DNA from: Polyangia bacterium
GTDB taxonomy: Bacteria; Myxococcota_A; Polyangia; JAAYKL01
Assembly: GCA_050287845.1 (NCBI GenBank)
Contig: JBNKCR010000063.1
Location: forward strand, 1 to 24,657
Direction of reading: 5' to 3'
DNA length: 24,657 nucleotides
In this document: positions 1-7,105 of the stretch, in pieces
How positions within the stretch are numbered: the stretch's first letter is position 1
How the letters are laid out: every line of letters starts with the position of its first letter
Notes under the pieces: generated by a model
Told to the model about the DNA's origin: nothing
Databases searched by the model: none
What the model saw: the letters and a program-made list of their open reading frames with translations, nothing else
Position numbers and translations under genes: made by a program

Positions 1-171
1 GACTTCCAGCCAGTACAGCTTCACCGGGTGCTTCTGCAGGGCTCTGGCAGCGGAGGCGCCAATGGCGTTGCGAACGCCGGGGATGGGGGCAAACAGAAAC
101 TGTCTGTCCACGGTTCTCTGTGTCTGTTCGTAAACGGTATCGGGTTTGAACCATCGCGGTCTTTGTCCCAT
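1..171 (-). CDS. 5' part of a RAYT/IS200-like (Y1 HUH) transposase-family protein, running off the window edge and absent from the ORF track
   Basis: The minus strand from ATG at 171 reads MGQRPRWFKPDTVYEQTQRTVDRQFLFAPIPGVRNAIGASAARALQKHPVKLYWLEV with no stop. A strong SD (AAAGGAGG, 184-177) precedes it. The pattern R...P..VY..T.R...RQ.LF...(helix)...VKLY matches RAYT-type N-termini. The HUH motif would lie just beyond base 1. Confidence 0.65.
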   Translation of the reverse strand, partial: MGQRPRWFKPDTVYEQTQRTVDRQFLFAPIPGVRNAIGASAARALQKHPVKLYWLEV

Positions 172-184
172 GGGAACCTCCTTT

Positions 185-210
185 GCAGGAAAAAAACGAT
201 TTCTCCCTGC
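185..210 (-). promoter_or_regulatory. Strand-specific 11-bp hairpin immediately upstream of the transposase SD
   Basis: Minus strand GCAGGGAGAAA-TCGT-TTTTTTCCTGC pairs fully with two G.T wobbles. On the plus strand these become A/C mismatches. Confidence 0.5.
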
Positions 211-252
211 TCGGATGCTTTTCAAATCTGTTGCAGAATTTCTGAGTTCACA

Positions 253-357
253 GAAAAAAATCACTCCGGGCGTTTGGTGCGGGCAGGGCGAAAAAATCAC
301 TCCGAGCGATTGGTGCGGGCGATTGGTGCGGGGCGATTGGTGCGGCGTTTGGTGCGG
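253..357. repeat. Direct-repeat cluster: 2 x ~31-bp GAAAAAATCACTCCG(G/A)GCG(T/A)TTGGTGCGGGC and 5 x 13-bp core GCG(A/T)TTGGTGCGG in total
   Basis: Long units at 253-284 and 290-320. Cores at 270-282, 306-318, 319-331, 333-345 and 345-357. Confidence 0.9.
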
Positions 358-394
358 GGTAACGCGCAAGGGCCACTCGTTGTTCTGTTCCGGT

Positions 395-1771
395 TCAATC
401 CGCGGTCAACAGACCGATGCTGTATTGGGTGACTGTGTCTGTATCCACATCAATCTGTTCGCTGATGGTGAAAGCGTATTGCATATTGCAGGCGCTGACG
501 GTCATGGTTTCGTCGGGGTTGGTGCGAAGCAGTTCCCCCTGGGCGATCCCTCCGCCAATCCATGTGGGGCCTGTAACGTTGGCGGTTGAGGCAAAGCGAT
601 TGTCATCGGCAGCAGCCAGCGCGGTCCACGTTCCGTCGATGGTATCGGAGGTCCATGCCCGGTAATATCTGCCGGCACCATCAATTCCGCCGACCAGCAG
701 CAGGTAGGTGCCGGTTCCCGAAAGCGAATAGACGCTGGTTCCGTCCAACAGTGCATACTGGAAATCTGTCATGACCTCCACGGTATTGGCTTCCGAAAAT
801 CCATTGGGAAAATCGCCAATGGCCGTCTGTGCACGATACAGACTGCCATTCAGCGCCGAGAAAAACAGATAGCAGTCGGTATCATCGCAGATAATCCAGT
901 AATCGTAGCCCTGTGAATCGTTGTCCGAGAGGAACGTTGGCGTGGGCATGAACTCGGTGGATGCCGACCACGACATTACATCGGTGGGATCGCTGGATGT
1001 GGCATAGGCAGGTGACGGTGTCTGATACACCAGGTACCACAGGTTCTGCGGCGAAAAATAAAAGAGTTGGGGCGCCGCTTTGTACCAGAGAAGATTCGAG
1101 TTATTGGTCGCCGGTGTGATAACGGCAGCATCCGACAGTTGCCAGTCTGTGAACGACAGCTGGAACATATTGAATCCATTGGCGTCATTCGAGGACGCAT
1201 ATACAATCCAGCTGTTATCGCGAAAAACAATGCTCGGGTCTTTGATTCCCAGGTAATTCGCTGGTGGCAGAATTCTTGTGTCTGATGCTGTCCACGAAAA
1301 CTCCGAGGGAATCCCACACCCGGTATCGGTATCTGAGTTGGTGTCCGATTCGGTATCGGTATCCGTGTCAGGGGTAGTACGAGTATCGGCATCCGTTTCT
1401 GTATCGGATGCCGTGTCTGTATCCGTGCCCGTGTCGGTGCCTGTATCCGTGCCGGTGTCGATGTTGGTGTTGGTATTCGTATCCGTGCCGGTATCGGTGT
1501 TCATATCCGTGCCGGTGTTGGTATTCGTATCCGTGCCGGTATCGGTGTTCGTATCCGTGCCAGTGTCGGTGTTCGTATCCGTGCCAGTGTCAGCGTCGGT
1601 GTCGGAGTCCGTGTCGGTATAGGTATGGGTGTCGGTGTCGGTATCGGTATCGGTGCTGCCCCGGGTATCTCCTACGGGGACCTTCTCAAATCCAAACCGA
1701 CCGCATCCGGCGAATATGAGGAGCGACATCAGCATAATCGAGATAGTAGAAGCGGTGAATCGATCCTTCAT
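395..1771 (-). CDS. Lipoprotein with Thr/Asp-rich linker and C-terminal GH62-family (alpha-L-arabinofuranosidase-like) domain; catalytic motifs diverged
   Basis: Likely start MKDRFT at 1771 (ORF-track start 1861), lipobox LIFAGC. GH62 motifs: FSWTAS, IKDPSIV, AAPQLFYFSPQNLWYLVYQ, DYWIICDDTDCYLFFS, LYRAQT.IGDFPNGF, RYYRAWTS, DETMTV..C, GLLT. Confidence 0.85.
   Translation of the reverse strand: MKDRFTASTISIMLMSLLIFAGCGRFGFEKVPVGDTRGSTDTDTDTDTHTYTDTDSDTDADTGTDTNTDTGTDTNTDTGTDTNTNTGTDMNTDTGTDTNTNTNIDTGTDTGTDTGTDTDTASDTETDADTRTTPDTDTDTESDTNSDTDTGCGIPSEFSWTASDTRILPPANYLGIKDPSIVFRDNSWIVYASSNDANGFNMFQLSFTDWQLSDAAVITPATNNSNLLWYKAAPQLFYFSPQNLWYLVYQTPSPAYATSSDPTDVMSWSASTEFMPTPTFLSDNDSQGYDYWIICDDTDCYLFFSALNGSLYRAQTAIGDFPNGFSEANTVEVMTDFQYALLDGTSVYSLSGTGTYLLLVGGIDGAGRYYRAWTSDTIDGTWTALAAADDNRFASTANVTGPTWIGGGIAQGELLRTNPDETMTVSACNMQYAFTISEQIDVDTDTVTQYSIGLLTAD
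1320..1655 (-). repeat. Coding tandem repeat encoding a (T-x)n linker, with 24-bp/8-aa TDTGTDTN units
   Basis: Repeated gtatccgtgcc(g/a)gt(a/g)tcggtgttc units on the plus strand. The protein reads TDTDTD...DTGTDTNTDTGTDTN... Confidence 0.9.
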
Positions 1772-1857
1772 AACTGTAATAATACAGTTTTTATGAAATT
1801 TTTCAAGTGTAATTGTCGGCATTGGTTGCGTAGCGCTGCTCAATCGAAAGGAATCAC

Positions 1858-2313
1858 TCAAAAAAAAATCACGGATTCACAGATGAATTCCACATCGAGG
1901 GCGGCATCTGGCTACGATTCAGCTATTTCGCAGGTGGATTCGCACAATGAAATCTGCGTGCGGTGATTGATGTCGTTGTATCTCCATGCGTTTTCTGTTT
2001 TTACATCTCCCATTGTACTCGAGGGTGATGTTGCTGTCCTTTCCGGTCGGCCTGACCCGGACATTGGCCCGGTCGAATGTGCTCCCTTCCGGGGCAGGCG
2101 GGATGTCCAAGATTACACGAAAATGTGGATCCCCGGATTTCGTCCACGACGGCGCGGAAATCGTTTGTGGTCTGCGTCGGATTCCCCGTGGCGATGATGA
2201 ATGCCTGGCCGGTCCTCCGGCTTTCGCAACCAGGTGGAGATTGTCCAGAGTATCCGGCGCATTTTCGATGGGGGATTATTGACACCGACAACGTACGTCC
2301 TGATTACCGGATC
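1858..2313 (-). pseudogene. Decayed C-terminal fragment of a myxobacterial-type vWA-domain/Cys-containing surface protein
   Basis: Joining frames gives DPVIRTYVVGVNNP / IENAPDTLDNLHLVAKAGG / TGQAFIIATGNPTQTTNDFRAVVDEIRGSTFSCN / LDIPPAPEGSTFDRANVRV...YNGRCK / ENAWRYND...TQISLCESTCEIAES*PDAALDVEFICESVIFF*. This needs 4 frameshifts and an internal TAG at 1912-1914, and the N-terminus is missing. Confidence 0.7.
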
Positions 2314-2344
2314 CGTGTGAAAAATTGTGGAGAAGGAGCCGTTT

Positions 2345-4270
2345 TTACTGAAACCTCCGCAGGGGATCGTCAGCGTCGCTGTCATTGCTTTGGGGCAGAA
2401 TCTGAAAAGGCGTGACATCAACAGGGCCTTTTCCCTCTTTCAGAGCGTCTTCCAACTGATTGAGCTGCCAGGTGGAAGAACCGATGGCTCGGGAAAAATC
2501 AATGGATTGTCTGGCGGCCTCCCGGGCACCCATGCGGGCAAAATAAATGGCATCCAGATAATGACACCAACTGAGGAATCGCCAGGTTTCGTGTTCCTCC
2601 CACTGGTTGCCGAGCAGGCGATACAGGGCTTTCCATCGCTTTGCGTGAGAGGCGGACATCTGTTTCACATCCGCGGTGCTGGTGGGCTCGGGAAGCGCCG
2701 TGTACAGCAATCCGGTGGGAAACAGATGTTTCATGGCCAGGGGCTCTGACCACGGACTGGGTTCCACCCGGAGTGGAAACGCCAGCGCTAAATCCGAAAT
2801 GGCCTTTTCGGTGATTTCGCCCTTCACAAAAATGGACCAGGCCAGAGTTTTCAACTCAGGTAAATCCCGGGTTACCGCTGCCAGATATCCCGGATAACCG
2901 AATAGTTGCGGATTCACCACCCGGACATCGGCGCGTGAACCATCGATGAGTCTGGCGCTGTGCAGCACGAAAAAAAGTTTGTAGTAGCTGGTGATAACCA
3001 CAGTACCTCTGGGGACTTCACTGATTGCCGCATCGAATATAATACGGGTTGCCGTGAAATCACGGAGATTGGCTTTTGGGTACGCGGCTCTGGCCTGGTA
3101 CACCGGAACAAGAAAAGCAAGCAGTGCTATCGTTGCCGCCACCCAGTGTGTCCGGTTGACCGTCCGGAAAAGTACGTGGGCCGAGATGCTGATGGTCACT
3201 GCGGCAAAAAGGGCTGTGACCGCGATGGAGCCCAGAATGTACCCGTAATAGTCGGGGTTGAAGGGGTCAATGCCCATCAGCGCGCGCATGAACAGGGTCA
3301 CCAGCTGCAGGAGCATCAGGGTGATTCCCGCCAGACGGGTGGACCTTCGTCTGAGGAGAAGATAGGCGCCAGCCAGGGATACCACGACAATAATCGGTCC
3401 CATTTCGCCCATCAGGGTGAAAATAGCTTCCCGGGCCTGATCCTGGAGATACACCGCATTCTCCTGGTTCATGGATTTCTGATATACACGGGCAGAAACC
3501 ACCCAGAAAAATTCTTTCAGGGTGTGGGCACCGCCCAGGGCAATGGATAGATCGGCGCGGGACCGGAGATATATGAACAGATATGGGAGCAAACCCGCCA
3601 CGGCCGCGCCCAGCATTTTCGCGTACTGCACCACTGGATTGCGCAACCCGGCTTTGGCAAGGGCAACAAAGGCCGGAATCGCCGCAGGAAGAGAGACCAT
3701 CATGATAAAGTGGTGGTTGGTGAGCCCGAGGCCAAAAAGGAACGAGGCCAACACCAGAAAGCGTCCGTGGGAAGCATCCCGCCGGGGAGTGAAACAGAAT
3801 TGGAGAACCGGGTAGAGGGCGCTGGCAACGAGCAGGATTTGCATTGAGTACACTTCCTGCCGCACCGATTGAAACCACCATGCATACGAGGTGGATGCCA
3901 GCAATGCACCGCCGAGGGCAATGATCGCATTGAGCCATTCAGGCACCGCATCCGTCGTGCGATTCAGAACGAGTCTGGTGGATTTGAACAGCAGATACGA
4001 TGCTGCGGCGCCGTACACGGCACTGGCAATGGAGACCCGCAGGCCAATGGTGCCAAATGGCAGCAAAGTAAATGGCGCGGTGAGCATCACATACAGCGGA
4101 TGTCCCGGTGGATGGGGGATGCCAAGTGTCTTTACCGCGGCGGTGAATTCCGGACTGTCCAGCCAGTACGGTTCAGACGTGGCGGTAAGCAATGATAATG
4201 TCAGGGGAATGGCAGCAGACGCCAGGGAGGCCAGCTGAATGACGAACGAAGAAAAAGACATCGATTTCAT
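2345..4270 (-). CDS. DUF2723/TMEM260-like GT-C-fold membrane glycosyltransferase
   Basis: Signature YWLDSPEFTAAVKTLGIPHPPGHPLY, WFQSVRQEVY and GLGLTNHH; many TM helices followed by a soluble C-terminal domain. Confidence 0.85.
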   Translation of the reverse strand: MKSMSFSSFVIQLASLASAAIPLTLSLLTATSEPYWLDSPEFTAAVKTLGIPHPPGHPLYVMLTAPFTLLPFGTIGLRVSIASAVYGAAASYLLFKSTRLVLNRTTDAVPEWLNAIIALGGALLASTSYAWWFQSVRQEVYSMQILLVASALYPVLQFCFTPRRDASHGRFLVLASFLFGLGLTNHHFIMMVSLPAAIPAFVALAKAGLRNPVVQYAKMLGAAVAGLLPYLFIYLRSRADLSIALGGAHTLKEFFWVVSARVYQKSMNQENAVYLQDQAREAIFTLMGEMGPIIVVVSLAGAYLLLRRRSTRLAGITLMLLQLVTLFMRALMGIDPFNPDYYGYILGSIAVTALFAAVTISISAHVLFRTVNRTHWVAATIALLAFLVPVYQARAAYPKANLRDFTATRIIFDAAISEVPRGTVVITSYYKLFFVLHSARLIDGSRADVRVVNPQLFGYPGYLAAVTRDLPELKTLAWSIFVKGEITEKAISDLALAFPLRVEPSPWSEPLAMKHLFPTGLLYTALPEPTSTADVKQMSASHAKRWKALYRLLGNQWEEHETWRFLSWCHYLDAIYFARMGAREAARQSIDFSRAIGSSTWQLNQLEDALKEGKGPVDVTPFQILPQSNDSDADDPLRRFQ

Positions 4271-4308
4271 AATTGTCTGTCAGTCTACCGGAAGTCAGGA
4301 GCCCCGGC

Positions 4309-5079
4309 CTATCGGTACCACGCCCATTTGGGACCGTGATCCTTGCAGTGCGGTTTATCTCCCTCCGGACAATAAATACGAACGTGAAAGTGATCGAAAT
4401 GGGAGCTGTTGGAGGGCTGCTTCATCATGTGCTCGGCCCGGCGAATTGTTCCAGCCGAAACACCGGACGCCTCGGCATGTGCGAGCAATATTTCTTCAAT
4501 GTGCCGCGCCACAAAAATCCATTGCACCTGCGCCTTGCTGGAATCTATCATTTCATTGATAAGGGCCCAGTTGCGTTTCGCATCAAACTGATATGCCATG
4601 GGCGGGTCAATGGAGAATCCGTTTTTATCATAGGGAATCATCTGGTGGACGCGAACGGAGGTCCCTTTGCGGTTGAGTGCATAAAACGCGATATCCACGT
4701 CCCGACCATTCTGATGAGAGGCATGGTGTTCAAATTCGCCTCCGGTTCGCATGGACAAATCTCCCACAGCCGCTTTTTCGCCGCCATACTTGCGATGCAC
4801 GAGAAAAGAAGACCATTTGATCATCTGAATCAGCTCTGAAACGCCGAATCGGGCTCGCCTCCCGGTTGCCGTTTTCATGAGTGTGTATCCGTCGCCGCTT
4901 CTGGGAAGCACTTCACCGTTTTTCAGGGCGCCATCGAAGGGTAATCCGATAGAAATGGATAGGGAAGACGCCGCATTCAAATTTACACAAAACCCGATGA
5001 AACAGAGGGTAAAGCAGCTGAATACAGAAAAAAATACAAACAGATGGCGTTTTTTATTCGACATGAGTGTCCGTTTCAT
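4309..5079 (-). CDS. Penicillin-insensitive murein endopeptidase (MepA-like, LAS metallopeptidase)
   Basis: SIGLPFDGALKNG, GDLS..GG....HASHQNGRDVDI and HFDHFHVRIYCP, plus an N-terminal hydrophobic signal or anchor. The start is likely 5079 or 5064 rather than 5181. Confidence 0.85.
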   Translation of the reverse strand: MKRTLMSNKKRHLFVFFSVFSCFTLCFIGFCVNLNAASSLSISIGLPFDGALKNGEVLPRSGDGYTLMKTATGRRARFGVSELIQMIKWSSFLVHRKYGGEKAAVGDLSMRTGGEFEHHASHQNGRDVDIAFYALNRKGTSVRVHQMIPYDKNGFSIDPPMAYQFDAKRNWALINEMIDSSKAQVQWIFVARHIEEILLAHAEASGVSAGTIRRAEHMMKQPSNSSHFDHFHVRIYCPEGDKPHCKDHGPKWAWYR

Positions 5080-5146
5080 GTTTAAGACCCTAGCAAATTT
5101 TTTTGCGGTCCCCAATTTTTTGGACGGTTTGGACCAATTACACTGA

Positions 5147-5175
5147 TTGACATAGACCACAGGCAGTGGTAGCAG
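5147..5175 (+). promoter_or_regulatory. Putative sigma70 promoter of rpsO
   Basis: TTGACA (5147-5152), 17-bp spacer, then a TG-extended -10-like TAGCAG (5170-5175). The -10 is imperfect. Confidence 0.5.
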
Positions 5176-5183
5176 AATCATGA

Positions 5184-5232
5184 ATTCGCCTGGAGTCGCT
5201 GGTTCTTATCGGAACTGGGCCCATGGCACGAA
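5184..5232 (+). promoter_or_regulatory. Structured rpsO 5' leader (candidate S15 autoregulatory element)
   Basis: Nested pairing TTCG..CC..TGG..CTGGTTC-ttatcg-GAACTGG..CCA..GG..CGAA, between the promoter and the SD GAGGAG (5242-5247). Confidence 0.4.
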
Positions 5233-5253
5233 CATCACAATGAGGAGATGAAC

Positions 5254-5526
5254 ATGTCCGTATTTCACACAGAGAAAAAACAGGAAATTATTGCCAGGTT
5301 TAAAAAACACGAGGGTGATACCGGCTCCCCCGAAGTGCAGATTGCGTTGCTCACCGAGCGTATTCAGTACCTGACCGAGCATTTCAAAGAGCATAAAAAA
5401 GACCACCACTCCAGAAGAGGTCTGCTCAAACTGGTAAGCAAACGCCGCCACATGCTCGACTACCTCAAACGCAAAGACGTCGAACGCTACCGCACCATCA
5501 CCAAAGAACTCGGCATCCGCAAATAG
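5254..5526 (+). CDS. rpsO: 30S ribosomal protein S15
   Basis: [50 protein letters not shown] spacing favours ATG 5254 over 5248. Confidence 0.99.
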   Translation: MSVFHTEKKQEIIARFKKHEGDTGSPEVQIALLTERIQYLTEHFKEHKKDHHSRRGLLKLVSKRRHMLDYLKRKDVERYRTITKELGIRK

Positions 5527-5631
5527 TACCCCTCCGGGCGAGTCCCCGTTTCCAAACTATCGTTTTTCAAAAAAGCCGCAGGCAATATTCCTGAAAAATC
5601 ATCACATTTTCTCAAGTACGCCGAATTCCCC

Positions 5632-5677
5632 TGTACTTTTATCCGTTTGCCGGTTTTGCGGAATAGTACATTTTTTT
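5632..5677 (+). terminator. Possible intrinsic terminator after rpsO
   Basis: TGTACT..TCCGT-loop-GCGGA..AGTACA interrupted stem followed by T7 (5671-5677). Confidence 0.45.
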
Positions 5678-5693
5678 GATGACGGATTTTCAG

Positions 5694-5722
5694 TTGACAG
5701 GCCTTTGCGTTATCGGTAACGT
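5694..5722 (+). promoter_or_regulatory. Sigma70 promoter of the sugar operon
   Basis: TTGACA (5694-5699), 17 bp, TAACGT (5717-5722). SD AAGGGAGG lies before ATG 5758. Confidence 0.7.
5708..5721. promoter_or_regulatory. Candidate LacI-family operator CGTTATCGGTAACG overlapping the spacer and -10
   Basis: Near-perfect palindrome (12/14) with the central CG typical of LacI/GalR operators. It sits within a wider inverted repeat TTTGCGTTA (5704-5712) / TAACGCAAA (5729-5737). A LacI gene ends the operon. Confidence 0.7.
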
Positions 5723-5757
5723 TCGGTGTAACGCAAAATTACAAGGGAGGAAGTTTC

Positions 5758-7062
5758 ATGTCATTTTTACGCAGTACACGCTTTTTGGGACTGTTAAGTG
5801 GCGTTGCCCTTGCGGCAGCGGTTTCCTTAACTGTGTTGGCCGATAACGTTAAAATTATCACGTCCTGGGATTTGCAGACTCAGACTCAAACCGTCAAAAC
5901 GTTTGATGATGCAGTCAGACGTTTTGAATCTAAAAACAAGGGGTACAACGTTAAGGGCTCTCACATTGCCAACGATGCGTACAAGACCAAATTGAAGGTG
6001 GCGTTCGGCGCCAACAAACCGCCATGTATCTTCACCAGTTGGGGTGGCGGTCCTTTGCGTGAATACATCAGAGCCGGACAGGTGGTTAATCTGTCCCCTT
6101 ATCTGAAAAAGAACCAGAAATTCATGGATCGTTTCGCTCCGGCCGGCTTCTCTGCAACATCCTATAACGGAAATATTTACGGGTTACCTGTTGAAACGAC
6201 CGCTGTTGCTGTTGTGATTTACAACAAGGCGCTTTTCAAAAAACACAACATCACTCCACCGAAAACCTGGAAAGAGCTGATGAAAGTCGTCAAGAAATTG
6301 AACGACAACAAAATCGCACCGTTTGCGCTTGCCAACAAGACGAAATGGCCAGGATCCATGTACTTCGTTTACCTGGTAGATCGCCTCGGCGGGCCGGAAG
6401 TCTTCCGTAAAGCGGCCGATCGCCTGCCCGGCGGTTCTTTTGAAGATCCCGTTTTTATCAAAGCCGGTAAAATGTTGCAGGATCTCGTAAAAGCTGGTGG
6501 TTTCGCACGGGGTTTTAATGGACTTTCCTATGACATTGGTGGTTCACGCCGTCTGCTCTACTCCGGTCGAGCAGCCATGGAAGTGATGGGAAGCTGGGAG
6601 TTTGCAACCATTTCCAATGAAAACCCGAAGTTTGCCGAAAATATCGGATTCTTCCCATTCCCGGCAGTTGAAGGTGGGAAAGGCGACCGTGGCAACGTCA
6701 TCGGCACCATTGGCGACAACTTTGTCTCAATTTCATCCGCGTGTCCGTACAAAGACGCTGCATTTGATCTGCTGATGCACATGACCGATGACATCGCAGT
6801 TCAGAAAAAGCTCAAGGATAATCGGATTATGCCGGTGAAGGGACTGAAGGTCGAGAATCCGTACCTTGCCGACGTGATGAAAGTCGTCAACGAAGCGAAA
6901 AGTGTTCAGCTCTGGTACGATCAGGAATTGCCACCAGCTCTTGCCGAAGTCCATAAAGATACAACCCAGCAACTGTTTGGTTTGTCCATTACACCGGAAG
7001 AAGCTGCCGCCAGGATGGAAGCCGCAGCCAAAGCGCAGGCCGCCAGGTCGAAAGCCAAATAG
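5758..7062 (+). CDS. Carbohydrate ABC transporter substrate-binding protein (CUT1, BxlE/xylo-oligosaccharide-like)
   Basis: Cleavable signal peptide. NDAYKTKLKVAFGANKPPCIFTSWGGG.LREY..AGQV, YNKALF and PKTWKEL are SBP_bac_1-type motifs. Confidence 0.92.
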   Translation: MSFLRSTRFLGLLSGVALAAAVSLTVLADNVKIITSWDLQTQTQTVKTFDDAVRRFESKNKGYNVKGSHIANDAYKTKLKVAFGANKPPCIFTSWGGGPLREYIRAGQVVNLSPYLKKNQKFMDRFAPAGFSATSYNGNIYGLPVETTAVAVVIYNKALFKKHNITPPKTWKELMKVVKKLNDNKIAPFALANKTKWPGSMYFVYLVDRLGGPEVFRKAADRLPGGSFEDPVFIKAGKMLQDLVKAGGFARGFNGLSYDIGGSRRLLYSGRAAMEVMGSWEFATISNENPKFAENIGFFPFPAVEGGKGDRGNVIGTIGDNFVSISSACPYKDAAFDLLMHMTDDIAVQKKLKDNRIMPVKGLKVENPYLADVMKVVNEAKSVQLWYDQELPPALAEVHKDTTQQLFGLSITPEEAAARMEAAAKAQAARSKAK

Positions 7063-7105
7063 TCCATTCTTCAATATTTGCATCCGAAAGTAAGGAGAGA
7101 CTCTC

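Noticed and set aside
253..357. Repeat cluster as a CRISPR array
   Set aside because: Units are 13-31 bp with 0-5 bp between adjacent units, there are no unique spacers of regular length, and no cas genes are in the window.
28..589. Plus-strand ORFs 28..432 and 146..589
   Set aside because: They are antisense to the transposase and GH62 genes, translate the repeat cluster, and show no recognisable motifs.
1278..1719. Val/Ser-rich and Cys/Arg-rich ORFs (1278..1622, 1408..1719)
   Set aside because: Shadow translations of the DT-repeat linker on the opposite strand.
1919..2421. Minus-strand ORFs 1919..2110, 2001..2291 and 2113..2421 as independent genes
   Set aside because: Each carries only one segment of the frameshifted pseudogene. 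Four shifts plus an internal stop rule out programmed recoding.
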